Part shown: piece after piece, positions 17,724-28,652 of the stretch
Position numbering within the stretch: the stretch's first letter is position 1
Layout: each line of letters begins with the position of its first letter
DNA from: Polyangia bacterium
GTDB lineage: Bacteria; Myxococcota_A; Polyangia; JAAYKL01
Direction of reading: 5' to 3'
DNA length: 64,000 nucleotides
NCBI GenBank assembly: GCA_050287845.1
Contig: JBNKCR010000020.1
Span: 16,252 to 80,251, forward strand
Notes under the pieces: model-generated
The model's input: only the letters and a program-made list of their open reading frames with translations
Told to the model about the DNA's origin: nothing
Database searches by the model: none
Translations under genes and position numbers: made by a program

Positions 17724-20715
17724 TTGCTGAATATTTTTCTACCAGGGCCTGCACCTGGTCGTCCGCCAACCCACCGGAAAGTTTAATCTGAGTGGACTGG
17801 GTTTCCCTTGTTTCTTCATTCAAGGCGCGCACATTCAATATGCCGTCGGTGTCTACTTCAAACGTTACCATGATGGAAATTTCTCCACGAGGTGCAGCTC
17901 TGAGGTTGGTTAATTCGATTCGACCGAGTTGTGTGTTTTCTTCTGTGCGACGACTTTCGCCCTGGTACACATCAATGAACACCTCGGTCTGATTGTCTCT
18001 GGAAGTGGCGAAATGCCGGGACTGTTCAATCGGTATGGCTGCATTTCGCTCAATGATAATATCGCAGTATCCCCCGGCGGTCGCAATGCCGAGTCCCCTG
18101 GGGCTTACATCCAGCAACACCGCCGGTATGGCTCTGGTAATCGGAACGGTGAATTCGCCATGGGTCTTTGTTTCGGCTTCCCGTCCATCATCTCCAACCA
18201 CTTCATCCAATGGATGATAGGGATGATAGCTGGGCATTTTCGGCGGGCTGGTCATCTCCTCGGATATTTCAGGCTCAATCGTTGGCGGAATGGAAGTGCG
18301 CGAAAACAGGGGCTGTGCGTTCTGAGACTCAAAAGATTTCTGGGCGCCTGTCTGCGGTCGAGCGGGTCGCGTACCCTGCATTGGTGTGTGCCCCGGGGTG
18401 GAGCGGTCAGTGGGAATGACTGGCGGTGCGGCCATGGGCGGTGCCGCCGATATTTCTTCTTCTGCGCCGATTTCATCCAAATCGATGTCGTCCAGCGCAT
18501 CCGTATCTCCATTCCATTCCGCTGATGTGCTGCTGCCAATGCCGATTCGGGCAGCGGTGGTGACAAAGGGGGTTGTGGGATTTGCTCTGGGTCTGTTTTT
18601 TACTGGCGCCACAATAATGGGAGAAACCGCCGATTGTGTTCCCTTCGTTTCCCGTCGTCCGGGTAAATCCGCTTTTTCCCGGCGTCCCGGCAAATCGGCA
18701 GTGCCCACGGTCACGGGCAAATCGGTTTCACCCGGGGCGGCGGGCAGATCCGCTTCTCCAACCGCAGCGGGCAAATCCATTTCGCCAACCGTGGTGGGTA
18801 AATCGATTTGGTCGCTGCGGAGCGCGGCAGGCAAATCCACATCGCCAACCGGAACGGGCAGGTCAAAATCTTCTCTGATGGTGGGCAGATCGAGATTTTC
18901 AGTGTCGACATCGACAGGAACGGGTAAATCCATATCGTCATCAGTGCCTACGGGAACGGGTAAATCCAGGTCGGAGGCCAGAGGAATTGTGCGGCCACTG
19001 TCCACCATCTCCGAAACGGGAATCGGCAGATCCGGATCGTCGGCCATGGACGGGTGTTTCTGTCCATGGATGGCCGATGTATCATTCCCGCCAGTTTTGC
19101 CCTTCTGAACCCCGGTCGACCCCCACAAATCGAGTTCGTTGTCCGCTTCGACATTACGCGATGGCGGATGTCTGTCACTCCGCTGCTCAGAATCCAGCGG
19201 CAACCCGGGTAAATCAATATTCTCCCGTGACCGCTCCGAACCAGGCACGCCGGCAATGGTCTGCCTGCTCCGGTTGCTCTGCAATCTGGCGCTTTCGCTC
19301 TGGCCAGCGGCCCTCGCCGCGCCGATGCCAATCATGGTTCGTTTCTGGCTGAGCTCGATTTTGCCAATCGTGCGTGGTGGTTTGGACGAAATGGGTCCGG
19401 GTCCCTTTTTATCCGCAAACGGGTCCTGGATATCGGCCAGTGGCGAACGTTGTGAAGAGAAAGGATCGGGGGCTTCTGTGCTGCTTGCGGGCGCCTTTGC
19501 CTCCGGTGGACTGGAAGCAAACGGATCGACTTTGACGTTGGCCCTTTTTCTGGGTTGAATATCGGGAGACAGTGCTTCCTGGGTCAGACTGAAGGCGTTG
19601 ATTGCGGCGCCGATGGCCACTACTTCGTCGGGATTGATTTGGGTCCTGGGCGTGCGGCCGAAAAACTCTTCCACCTGCCTGCGAACCAGAGGAATTCGGG
19701 TACTGCCACCGACCAGCACCACGTTGTCCAGATCAGAGGGCTTCAATTTTGCCAGTTCCAGTGCTTCTTCGCAGGTGGCCAGCGTGCGTTCCACCAGAGA
19801 GCCTCCCAATTGCTCAAAGCGGTCCCGGGTAACGGTGAACGAAAAATCGATTTTTTTACCCCCCCTGCCGGTAACCAGTTCTCTCAGGGTGGCGTTGACT
19901 TCTTTTATGCTGGACAACTGGCATTTGGCCCGCTCCGCCACTGAACGGATTCTCTGCATGGCCACCGGGTTATCTTCAATGCCGAACCCGAACTGCTTTT
20001 TAAACTGATTGACCATATCATAGGTGATTTTTTCATCAAAATCGTCCCCACCGAGAAAGTTGTCTCCGGCCGTGGACAGCACTTCGAAAATGTCGTCGAG
20101 CAGTTCGATGATGGTGATGTCAAATGTTCCCCCACCGAAGTCGTAGACCGCTATGCGTTCCTCCCGTTCACCACCGAATCCATAGGCCAGCGCTGCTGCC
20201 GTGGGCTCGTTGAGGATGCGCAACACGTTGAATCCGGCTATCCGCCCGGCTATCTTGGTGGACGCCCGCTGGACATCCGTAAAATTCGCCGGAACGGTGA
20301 TGATGGCTTCATTGATGGGGACGCCAAAAGTTTCTTCGCACATTTCTCTGAGATATCGGAGCATCAATGCGCTGACTTCCGGCAGCGTGGCCTCCTTGTT
20401 CCGGGTCTGAAGTACCGGGATGCCGTTGCGTTCAACAACGTTGTACGGCATGTGAGAGATCAGCTTCTGGATTTCCGGCGCCTTGATGTCCTGCCCCAGA
20501 AGACGTTTGAACGAATAAATGGTATTTTCAGGATCGATGGCCAACCGGTCTTTGGCCCGTGGACCCGCGAGAACATCGCCAGAGGGATGAAAGCAGATGA
20601 CGGAGGGGTGAATGCGATCACCATACACGCTTTCCACAATTTTGGCCTGGTCACCCTGAACGATGGCGACACAGGAGTTCGTTGTTCCAAGGTCAATTCC
20701 TACCGCAACACCCAT
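17713..20715 (-). CDS. Hsp70/DnaK-family protein with a long low-complexity interdomain insertion and no alpha-helical lid
   Basis: GIDLGTTNS, TVPANF, NEPTAAALAYG, DFGGGTFD, LVGGSTRIP, NPDEVVA; SBD DNQTEV.I.VYQGE; GGGAGG RBS. Confidence 0.9.
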   Translation of the reverse strand: MGVAVGIDLGTTNSCVAIVQGDQAKIVESVYGDRIHPSVICFHPSGDVLAGPRAKDRLAIDPENTIYSFKRLLGQDIKAPEIQKLISHMPYNVVERNGIPVLQTRNKEATLPEVSALMLRYLREMCEETFGVPINEAIITVPANFTDVQRASTKIAGRIAGFNVLRILNEPTAAALAYGFGGEREERIAVYDFGGGTFDITIIELLDDIFEVLSTAGDNFLGGDDFDEKITYDMVNQFKKQFGFGIEDNPVAMQRIRSVAERAKCQLSSIKEVNATLRELVTGRGGKKIDFSFTVTRDRFEQLGGSLVERTLATCEEALELAKLKPSDLDNVVLVGGSTRIPLVRRQVEEFFGRTPRTQINPDEVVAIGAAINAFSLTQEALSPDIQPRKRANVKVDPFASSPPEAKAPASSTEAPDPFSSQRSPLADIQDPFADKKGPGPISSKPPRTIGKIELSQKRTMIGIGAARAAGQSESARLQSNRSRQTIAGVPGSERSRENIDLPGLPLDSEQRSDRHPPSRNVEADNELDLWGSTGVQKGKTGGNDTSAIHGQKHPSMADDPDLPIPVSEMVDSGRTIPLASDLDLPVPVGTDDDMDLPVPVDVDTENLDLPTIREDFDLPVPVGDVDLPAALRSDQIDLPTTVGEMDLPAAVGEADLPAAPGETDLPVTVGTADLPGRREKADLPGRRETKGTQSAVSPIIVAPVKNRPRANPTTPFVTTAARIGIGSSTSAEWNGDTDALDDIDLDEIGAEEEISAAPPMAAPPVIPTDRSTPGHTPMQGTRPARPQTGAQKSFESQNAQPLFSRTSIPPTIEPEISEEMTSPPKMPSYHPYHPLDEVVGDDGREAETKTHGEFTVPITRAIPAVLLDVSPRGLGIATAGGYCDIIIERNAAIPIEQSRHFATSRDNQTEVFIDVYQGESRRTEENTQLGRIELTNLRAAPRGEISIMVTFEVDTDGILNVRALNEETRETQSTQIKLSGGLADDQVQALVEKYSANAK

Positions 20716-20771
20716 AGGGGCCTCCCATTGAATCAGGAAAGATTCAGGTCTTTCAGATTTCAGCGTTCCAG

Positions 20772-20804
20772 GCTCATGCAATTCCGGGTGAATATTGCAT
20801 GAGC
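20772..20804. promoter_or_regulatory. 11-bp perfect inverted repeat (hairpin or operator) between gyrA and the hsp70-like gene
   Basis: GCTCATGCAAT-N11-ATTGCATGAGC. Confidence 0.45.
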
Positions 20805-20906
20805 GCTTCGTCGTGCCGAATCAAACGATGTCAGCGTTTTTGCTGCACACTCAACTTCCCGTTGATTCGTCCTGGTGATTCACCAAACAATATTGTAACC
20901 TGTCAC

Positions 20907-23525
20907 TTATTCTGATGCACCATCAGACGGTTCATCCGTGCTCTCCGCTGCCTCCGCTGCAACACCGCCTTCGTCAGGCGAATCATCGGATGGCGTTGGG
21001 GTAGTTTCACTGATGGGGTCGGAAGAAGCAGGTGCCCCTTCCTCGCTCTCCGGTTTATCATCGTCTTCGGCGAGCCTCTCCACACAAATCACATATTCAT
21101 CTTCATTCATGCGAATGAGGCGCACTCCCTGGGTATTTCGTCCCAATGTGGAAATAGTGCCCGCCTCCATTCGAATAATTTTTCCCACATTGGTTATCAA
21201 CATGAGATGCTCGTCTTCATGAACGGGTAAAACGGCCACAACTTTACCGGTCTTCTCAGATCTTTTCACCGTCAGCAGACCGGAGCCGCCGCGGTTCTGC
21301 AACCGATATTCATCGAACCGGGTTCGTTTTCCATATCCATTGGCGGTAATTGTCAGCAATTGCTCTTCTGTATCGGGTCTGACCACCGCCATGCCCACCA
21401 CTTCGTCATCCTCTCCATCCGGTCGGCGCACTTCGATACCCCGCACCCCACGGCTGGACCGACCCATGGGGCGAATCTGGGTATCGCCTTCAAAGCGAAT
21501 GGATTGGCCTTCACGGGTGCTCAGCATCACGTGCTCTCCTGCGTTGAGAATGGCGGCGCCGATGAGGGAATCGCCTTCATCAATCACCACCCCGATGATG
21601 CCGGTCTGGCGGATTTGTGAATATGCCATGAGATCGGTTTTCTTCACATATCCCCTGCGAGTGCCTGTGATGACAAAACTGTTCTCCGTGAACTCGCGAA
21701 CGGGAAGGACGGCAGCCACCTTTTCACCGGGATCCATTCCCACGAAGTTAACGATGGCTTTTCCCCGGGATGTGCGTCCCCCCTGTGGAATCTGATAGAT
21801 TTTTTTGCAGTAGACCTTCCCCTTATCGCTGAAAATCAGCACATTGGCGTGGGTCGATGCAATGAACAGGTTGCCCACGAAATCGTCATCCCGGGTATCC
21901 ATACCGGCAAGCCCCTTGCCCCCGCGGTGCTGGGCCCGATACTCGGAGGTCTGGGTCCGTTTGATGTAGCCGAGACTGGTGACCGTTACCACCATATCTT
22001 CCTCTTCGATGAGGTCTTCCATTTCAATGTCCGAATAGTCATCGATGATATCGGTTCGTCTCGGGGTGGCGAAATTGGCTTTCACTTCTTCGAGTTCACT
22101 GACAATCAGCGCAATTAACTTGTCGCGATTCGAGAGCAATTCCTCCAGCCGGGCGATGGTGATTCGCAGCTGTTCCATCTCCTCGAGTATTTTTTCCCGC
22201 TCCAGACCGGTCAGTCGCTGGAGGCGCATGGAGAGGATTTCCCTGGCCTGGACCTCGGTCAGTTCGAACTGGTTCATCAGGCCAATGCGCGCTTCCTCGG
22301 GATCCCGGGAACGTCGGATAAGCTCAACAACGGCGTCGATGTTATCCAGCGCGATTTTCAACCCTTCCAGAATGTGCAGTCGTGCGGCGGCCTTGGTCAG
22401 TTCGAACATACAGCGACGCCGGACCACTTCTTCGCGGAAATCGAGAAATGCCCGGATGAGGCCTTTGAGGGAGAACGTGTTGGGACGTCCGTTGTGAATC
22501 GCCAGCGTATTGATGCCGAACGATGTCTGCATCGGGGTCAGCTTGAACAGCTGATTCTCAATGATCTGAGCCGATGCATCCCGTTTGGCTTCAATGACAA
22601 TCCGCATTCCTCTTCGATCGGATTCATCGCGCAACGCGGCGATTCCTTCAATCCGCTTTTCTTTTACCAGCTCGGCGATTTTTTCCACAAGGCGCGCTTT
22701 GTTCACCTGATATGGCAATTCATAGACGATGAGCTGTTCCCGGCCACTGCTTTTCAGTTCTTCAATCCGGGTTTTCGCGCGAATAATGATGGAGCCGCGA
22801 CCGGTGGTGAACCCTTTATAAATGCCGCCACGACCGCAGATGGTGCCGCCGGTGGGAAAATCCGGTCCCGGAACAACGGCCATCAGCTCTTCCACGGAGG
22901 CGTTCGGATTGTTGGCCATGATGATGACGGCATCAATGACTTCACCCAGATTGTGGGGGGGAATATTGGTGGCCATTCCCACTGCGATACCGCTGGAACC
23001 GTTCACCAGCAGGTTGGGAAATCCGGCGGGCAGCAGGGTGGGTTCCTTGAGAGATCCATCGTAGTTGTCGGTGAAATTCACCGTGTTCTTCTCGATGTCC
23101 TTCAGAAGTTCACTGGTGAGTTTGGCCATGCGGACTTCGGTGTACCTCATGGCTGCGGCCGGGTCGCCGTCAATGGAACCGAAGTTCCCCTGTCCATCGA
23201 CCAGCATCTCCCGCATGGAAAAATCCTGCGCCATCCGAACCAGAGTGTCGTACACGGCTGAATCCCCATGGGGATGGTATTTACCGATAACGTCGCCCAC
23301 CACGCGTGCGGATTTTTTATACGAGGCGTTCCAGGTGTTTTTGAGGTCGTGCATGGCAAACAGAATGCGTCGGTGTACGGGTTTGAGACCGTCACGGACG
23401 TCGGGAAGCGCCCGGCCGATGATTACGCTCATGGCGTAATCGAGGTAGGCATTCTTCATTTCTGTTTCTACACTGGTGTTGATAATGTTGGATTGTGTAC
23501 TGTTATTCTTTTCGTCTGTTGTCAT
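20907..23525 (-). CDS. gyrA: DNA gyrase subunit A
   Basis: [30 protein letters not shown], GyrA-box QHRGGKG, beta-pinwheel repeats, acidic tail. Confidence 0.97.
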   Translation of the reverse strand: MTTDEKNNSTQSNIINTSVETEMKNAYLDYAMSVIIGRALPDVRDGLKPVHRRILFAMHDLKNTWNASYKKSARVVGDVIGKYHPHGDSAVYDTLVRMAQDFSMREMLVDGQGNFGSIDGDPAAAMRYTEVRMAKLTSELLKDIEKNTVNFTDNYDGSLKEPTLLPAGFPNLLVNGSSGIAVGMATNIPPHNLGEVIDAVIIMANNPNASVEELMAVVPGPDFPTGGTICGRGGIYKGFTTGRGSIIIRAKTRIEELKSSGREQLIVYELPYQVNKARLVEKIAELVKEKRIEGIAALRDESDRRGMRIVIEAKRDASAQIIENQLFKLTPMQTSFGINTLAIHNGRPNTFSLKGLIRAFLDFREEVVRRRCMFELTKAAARLHILEGLKIALDNIDAVVELIRRSRDPEEARIGLMNQFELTEVQAREILSMRLQRLTGLEREKILEEMEQLRITIARLEELLSNRDKLIALIVSELEEVKANFATPRRTDIIDDYSDIEMEDLIEEEDMVVTVTSLGYIKRTQTSEYRAQHRGGKGLAGMDTRDDDFVGNLFIASTHANVLIFSDKGKVYCKKIYQIPQGGRTSRGKAIVNFVGMDPGEKVAAVLPVREFTENSFVITGTRRGYVKKTDLMAYSQIRQTGIIGVVIDEGDSLIGAAILNAGEHVMLSTREGQSIRFEGDTQIRPMGRSSRGVRGIEVRRPDGEDDEVVGMAVVRPDTEEQLLTITANGYGKRTRFDEYRLQNRGGSGLLTVKRSEKTGKVVAVLPVHEDEHLMLITNVGKIIRMEAGTISTLGRNTQGVRLIRMNEDEYVICVERLAEDDDKPESEEGAPASSDPISETTPTPSDDSPDEGGVAAEAAESTDEPSDGASE

Positions 23526-23825
23526 AATACGTTTCTTAAATGAATTCGGCAGTTACAGTTCAGTAGACGTACAGTACCGTTTCGGCGATGATAGTCAACA
23601 GGATTTGCTGTCAGATGAATGTAACTGTAAAAGGAAAACAGCGGTCTTTACTTTCAGAATGTCAACATGGTTGACGCTGATGAGAGAACAATGTTGTCTT
23701 TTTTTTGAAACAGAAAAGGGAACTCGGAAAAAAATCGGGTAAATTGGCTCCAATGTAAAGGCGGGAAATAAAGGCATGATTTTTGAATGCCGGTTGAACT
23801 GCCAGATAATTGTGAAGGAGACCTC

Positions 23826-24185
23826 ATGTCTGGAATGATTAAATTGTCGGTTATGGCCACTGTGGTGGTCGCCCTTTTTCTCGGGTGTAACTCATCGCCC
23901 ACCGTACCGGTGCCCCCACCCAATGCGACGTTGATTCAGACATCCATACCGGATGATTCCGGATTCGTCACCGTGATTGGAGAACCCGATGCCCGTTTCG
24001 GGCTCGACGATGTGGCGTTGGTGTTCAACGACAATTCCGGCGGCGGTGTGATGACGGACGTCAAACAGGACGGGGCGTTCGAGACCCGAATCATGGCCCA
24101 GGTGAACGATCTGCTCATCATTCAGATTAAACGGGATAGCCAGCTGTCCAGCCCCGTGGAGAAGACCGTTGCGCCGACTCCCTGA
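23826..24185 (+). CDS. Hypothetical lipoprotein (Ig-like)
   Basis: AAGGAG RBS; FLGC lipobox; C.SP..P.PPP after Cys. Confidence 0.65.
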   Translation: MSGMIKLSVMATVVVALFLGCNSSPTVPVPPPNATLIQTSIPDDSGFVTVIGEPDARFGLDDVALVFNDNSGGGVMTDVKQDGAFETRIMAQVNDLLIIQIKRDSQLSSPVEKTVAPTP

Positions 24186-24196
24186 ATGGAACAGTT

Positions 24197-24742
24197 ATGT
24201 TTGAATGCGATGAAAACCTGTTCCTGCTGCTCAATCATTTCTTTGATACATCTTTTTTTACCTGGCTTTTCAAGTACGTCACCCGGCTGGGCAATGGGTG
24301 GACCCAGATATTTCTGTTGACGCCGCTACTGTTTTTCTTCAGCCGGGAAAAATTCCGGGGGCATTTTATTGCCATTGTGCTCACCGGGCTGACCAGCGGC
24401 ATGGTGATCACAGTCACCAAGGTGGCTGTGGACCGGCCAAGGCCCCCGGAGGTCTTTGCCGAGCGGGGAGAACACATCCATATTCCCGGTCGGGTGCCAG
24501 TGAGTCGCTCATTTCCATCGGGACATACCCAGACGGCATTTGCCACCGCCGGGTATCTCAGCTTTCTCTATCCGGTTCTGGCGCCGATGCTGCTTGCATT
24601 GGCGGCGCTTGTCGGATTGTCGCGCATTGCGCTTGGGGTGCATTTCCCCCTTGATGTGCTGGCCGGCGCCCTGATTGGATTCAGTTTTGCGGTGATGGGG
24701 TTTCGCCTGAATATGGCGCGACTTCGGCGGCGAGCCGGTTGA
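24197..24742 (+). CDS. PAP2 family membrane phosphatase
   Basis: K....R.RP, SFPSGH, SR...GVHFPLD motifs. Confidence 0.9.
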   Translation: MFECDENLFLLLNHFFDTSFFTWLFKYVTRLGNGWTQIFLLTPLLFFFSREKFRGHFIAIVLTGLTSGMVITVTKVAVDRPRPPEVFAERGEHIHIPGRVPVSRSFPSGHTQTAFATAGYLSFLYPVLAPMLLALAALVGLSRIALGVHFPLDVLAGALIGFSFAVMGFRLNMARLRRRAG

Positions 24743-24846
24743 GAACCTGCCCATTCCCTGTCGACCGGGAGTATCTCTTTACGGGAAAGTCTGCCGGGAA
24801 CCATTAATTATTCCGTTTTACCGGCGTCTGAAAGACAGGGGAATGA

Positions 24847-25944
24847 ATGTTTTTCAACCGTAAAAAAAATGAATCACAGAACCGGTCGGCCGTTTCCCGG
24901 GATAATTCGTCGGAATCAGATGATTTCTGCCGGGATGCATTGGCGTCGGTACTTCGCATTCTGGCCGAACACGCGTTGCCCACCCGGCAGATTACAGTGA
25001 GTGAATTCCAGGACACCATGACATCGTTGGCGAAAAAGATGCTGGTGGGGGCGGGGATGGAGCAGGCCGCATTTGGCCAGAAGGGGTTACAGAGGGTATT
25101 CGCGGAAATCCGTCAGGAAGTTCGACGGCAGCGGAAAGCGGAGTCGCAGGAGTACGCCAATCACCGGCAGAGCGCGAGCATCATTGTGGCTGATCTCGTC
25201 TCGGGTCTGAGAAAATCCCTGGAGGCGCGCCGGGATCACGATGAGGGCATTGTGCGGGCACTGACAGAAATGGAGACCGCGGTGGAGGAGGGCAATCTCG
25301 AAAATATCAGGCGGGTCTGCTCGAAGACGGTGCACCATATCCGGGATGTGGTGGCCGTGCAACGGGAGCGGGATCAGGAGCGGTTGAATGATTTGTCAGA
25401 ACAGCTTCGGTCCATGAAAGAGGAGCTTCTGGAAACCCAGTCGCAGATGCAGCGGGACCCATTGACCGAAGTGCTGAACCGCGGCGCGTTCGACAGCACA
25501 TTTTCCCAGACGGTGGATATCGCCAATGCGTCGGCCATGGAACTGGCGCTATTCATGTTGGACCTGGATCATTTCAAGCAGGTGAATGACCAGTTCGGGC
25601 ATCAGGCAGGAGATACCGTGCTCAGGGAGGTGGGAAAGCAACTGATACGATGTTTTCCCAGAAAGGACGACATGGTGTTTCGGTACGGGGGCGAGGAATT
25701 CGCCATATTGTGCCGCAACACCGGGAAGGCGGATGCGCTGATGCTGGGGGAGCGGATGAGGAAACAGATTGAATCCCGCACTATCGCGTTGCCGGATGTG
25801 CATCATCGGCAGACGGTGTCGATTGGCTGTGCGGTGCTCCGGCCTGAAGAGGCAGCGGAAGCGCTGCTGCGGCGAGCGGATGAGGCGTTGTATGTGGCCA
25901 AACGGAACGGCCGCAATCGGGTGGAACCCGCCTCCCTGGAGTAA
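24847..25944 (+). CDS. Diguanylate cyclase (GGDEF) with coiled-coil N-terminus
   Basis: DPLT..LNR, DLDHFKQVND.FGH..GD, RxxD I-site (RKDD), RYGGEEF, AK.NGRNRV. Confidence 0.92.
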   Translation: MFFNRKKNESQNRSAVSRDNSSESDDFCRDALASVLRILAEHALPTRQITVSEFQDTMTSLAKKMLVGAGMEQAAFGQKGLQRVFAEIRQEVRRQRKAESQEYANHRQSASIIVADLVSGLRKSLEARRDHDEGIVRALTEMETAVEEGNLENIRRVCSKTVHHIRDVVAVQRERDQERLNDLSEQLRSMKEELLETQSQMQRDPLTEVLNRGAFDSTFSQTVDIANASAMELALFMLDLDHFKQVNDQFGHQAGDTVLREVGKQLIRCFPRKDDMVFRYGGEEFAILCRNTGKADALMLGERMRKQIESRTIALPDVHHRQTVSIGCAVLRPEEAAEALLRRADEALYVAKRNGRNRVEPASLE

Positions 25945-26131
25945 AGCTGGAACCATGGCCCAGTATTGAGGCTTTCCCCCAATCCCCATGAGAATTCGCG
26001 CTGTTCTCTCCCTGCAGCGGATGTTCCGGATGAGCTTCGGAGTTGTCACCTTCGCGATTTTCTGATTAAGATGGGCGCCGGTGGAATCAGCCCGGTCGCG
26101 AAGGTATCCGGCCATTGACAGGAAATCAGGC

Positions 26132-26746
26132 ATGAAGTTTTTTTTATTTGGGGTTTTCGTGTCATCATTTATCTGGTTTGGAATTCTGTACGCCCAGAGC
26201 CGGGGAATGGTGACTCTTTTTAAAATGCCGGAGGAAACGACGGTTTCGGAGGAAACGGTGGTTGCAGCGACGGATGTCGATACAGAAACCGCGGAACCGG
26301 AGGTGGTAAAGAAGCGAATGAAAAAACGACGGCGACCGCGTCAGAAAGCGAATGTGCCCATCCAGCCCGATTTGGGGTACGAGGAAGGAGAGGGGCAGAC
26401 CGGGGATGATCTCACCGCCGGACCGCGCAGCATCTCCCCGGGCGATGCGGGGGGAGATGAAGGTCAGCTCAGCAATGCCGAAATCGAGTCCGCCATCGAT
26501 CAGCGATTCAACGGGATTCAGCGCTGTCTCACCCTGATGCCTCCGGATGCGCCGGGTATCGGACGCCTGGTCATCGGAATGAACATATCCGGCGCCGGAA
26601 CGGTCACCCGGGTCAATCTCCGGGGGCCGAATGCGATGATAAAAGGGGAACCGGGCGCCTGTTTTCGCCGGATTGTGTCCGCCATGCGATTTCGCAGGTT
26701 CAATGGTCCGGATATGATTGTGCATTATCCAATCATTTTTGAATGA
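26132..26746 (+). CDS. Membrane-anchored AgmX/PglI C-terminal domain protein
   Basis: N-terminal TM helix, charged linker, LS..EI...I......IQRC ... C....V..MRF......HYPIIF. Confidence 0.7.
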   Translation: MKFFLFGVFVSSFIWFGILYAQSRGMVTLFKMPEETTVSEETVVAATDVDTETAEPEVVKKRMKKRRRPRQKANVPIQPDLGYEEGEGQTGDDLTAGPRSISPGDAGGDEGQLSNAEIESAIDQRFNGIQRCLTLMPPDAPGIGRLVIGMNISGAGTVTRVNLRGPNAMIKGEPGACFRRIVSAMRFRRFNGPDMIVHYPIIFE

Positions 26747-27804
26747 AGTGCCGTATTTTGAATCGTTGTGAATTGCTGCCATCCACCCGATATCTGGGGT
26801 CGAAGCGTAAACTGCTGGCTGCTCTGGAGGGCGTGTTTTCAGACATCTCCTTTGAGCGGGTCTGGGATCCTTTCTGCGGTAGCGGCTCGGTTTCCTATCT
26901 GCTCAAGTGCATGGGAAAAGAGGTGCATGCATCAGATGTACTTCAGTGGAACGCAACCTGCACAGGTGCATTGCTTTCATCTCCGGACGCGGGGTTTATG
27001 CCGGCGCTGGAAACGGTGCTTCGGCAAATTCCCAACGAAGGGACCAGGCCGGGATTCATCGAAAATACCTTTGACGGCCTGTTTTTCACCCGGGACGAAA
27101 ACCGGTTCATCGATCAATATATCGCAGCGGTGTCCGGGTGGCCTGCGGATCGGAAGCGCGCGGCATATCATGTGCTGTTTCAGGCCGCACTGGCCAAGCG
27201 TCCCTATAATCTGTTTCATCGGGCAAACCTGTACATGCGGCAGCGCCGGGTGAAACGTTCGTTTGGAAATAAAACCACCTGGGATACCCCTTTTGCCGTG
27301 TTGCTCAGAAGATATGCCACAGAATTGACCCGTGCCTGGTTTGCAGCGGAACGGTCGGTCCATGCACAGCAGATGGATGTGGATGAAGTGGATTTTTCAG
27401 GGGCCGACCTCGTGTATCTGGATCCGCCCTACATGCCGCAAAAGGGAATGGGGGTGGACTATCTGGATTATTATCATCTGCTGGAAGGCATAAGCCTTGA
27501 GGACAACGACCTGTGGCAGCAGCGCATTCTGCATCGCTACAGACACATGCCCCTCATCGGACGCGGGGAGAGCCCCTGGTGCCGTGCGACAGAGGTTTGT
27601 GCAGCATTCAGAAGGGTCATCAGAAAATGCGGCAACGCAGCGGTGGTCATATCATATCGCAGCGACGGAATTCCGACAGTGGACGAGCTGGTGGCGATGC
27701 TGACCGATTGCGGAAAACGGGTGACCATTGTGGATTTGGGAAAATACACCTACGCACTCAGCCGAAACTCCAAATCGAGAGAAGTGATTCTGGTTGGACA
27801 GTGA
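26743..27804 (+). CDS. D12-class (Dam/FokI-like) N6-adenine DNA methyltransferase
   Basis: RYLGSK..L, DPFCGSGSVS (motif I), DLVYLDPPY (motif IV). Confidence 0.85.
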   Translation: MKCRILNRCELLPSTRYLGSKRKLLAALEGVFSDISFERVWDPFCGSGSVSYLLKCMGKEVHASDVLQWNATCTGALLSSPDAGFMPALETVLRQIPNEGTRPGFIENTFDGLFFTRDENRFIDQYIAAVSGWPADRKRAAYHVLFQAALAKRPYNLFHRANLYMRQRRVKRSFGNKTTWDTPFAVLLRRYATELTRAWFAAERSVHAQQMDVDEVDFSGADLVYLDPPYMPQKGMGVDYLDYYHLLEGISLEDNDLWQQRILHRYRHMPLIGRGESPWCRATEVCAAFRRVIRKCGNAAVVISYRSDGIPTVDELVAMLTDCGKRVTIVDLGKYTYALSRNSKSREVILVGQ

Positions 27805-27950
27805 GGGGGATTCCCGGTGCGCCCCGGCTGCGGACCGGGGACAGCGCACTCCGGAGCTCGCCCTCCGTTCAGTCTGAAAAATTCATTCCTCAATGGTCGA
27901 GGGTGCAATTCTGAAAGGTTCAGTGTTGGTCCGCGTTGAATTGGTGAGAT

Positions 27951-28199
27951 TCAATTGGTTTGATGGACATCGACGGGACGGCGTTTCAGGTGGTGTCTGC
28001 TCCATTTTCGGGTACGCCGCCGGGGCACCCCTTCGATAAGCATCTGCTGTCTGATCTCTTCACATTCTTCTGCGCTGGCATGTGCAATGACATCGTGAAA
28101 CTGGTCATACAGGGCCGAGGGATCGGCGCCCCGATGCAATTCAAGCAGAATGTCCTTGAAACGGGTGATGTTGTCTGTTGCCTGATACTTTCTGGTCAT
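27951..28199 (-). CDS. Short DUF438-like protein
   Basis: AGGAGG RBS; KDILLELHRGA.P......F...I.......I.QQM..EG resembles the DUF438 N-terminus. Confidence 0.55.
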   Translation of the reverse strand: MTRKYQATDNITRFKDILLELHRGADPSALYDQFHDVIAHASAEECEEIRQQMLIEGVPRRRTRKWSRHHLKRRPVDVHQTN

Positions 28200-28652
28200 A
28201 ACGTCCTCCTTCAGAGAGTGGAAACCTTTGTTGGATCTCAGGGTTTGTCCGGAAATAAATCTAATAATTCAGGCAGCAGGATGGTATATCCGGCAAGGTG
28301 CGACGACGAGTCATACCTGTGGTATGGCGAGTAGGAGCACCGCTGCCGGGATGTCAAGATTGTTGCAAGAACGGCAAAGTTATTTCTGGACAAACCCTAA
28401 GTGTAAAATGTCAGTATTTGTAACTTGTCTTCAACGTAATACCAGTCTGATGACGTGCAAGTGACCGCTGTGTAAATAATTCGGGCAAGCATTCCGGGTG
28501 CCGTAGTTTAACGCGGCCATAGCATGAAATGAAGCACGGTGGCAGTGGCCGGGGAACCGGAGCCGGGGAATGATTTTTTTAAATCATATGACTGAACGGG
28601 TGCGGGAAGGGTCGGATGTGTGCACCACTGTGAGTTGCGTTACCGAGTCGCG

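Noticed and set aside
20907..23525. parC rather than gyrA because gyrB is not adjacent
   Set aside because: GyrA-box QHRGGKG and acidic tail are present; separation from gyrB is common
27810..27855. GC-rich hairpin after the methyltransferase
   Set aside because: Likely a simple terminator-like structure between convergent genes; no U-tract or second copy to support more
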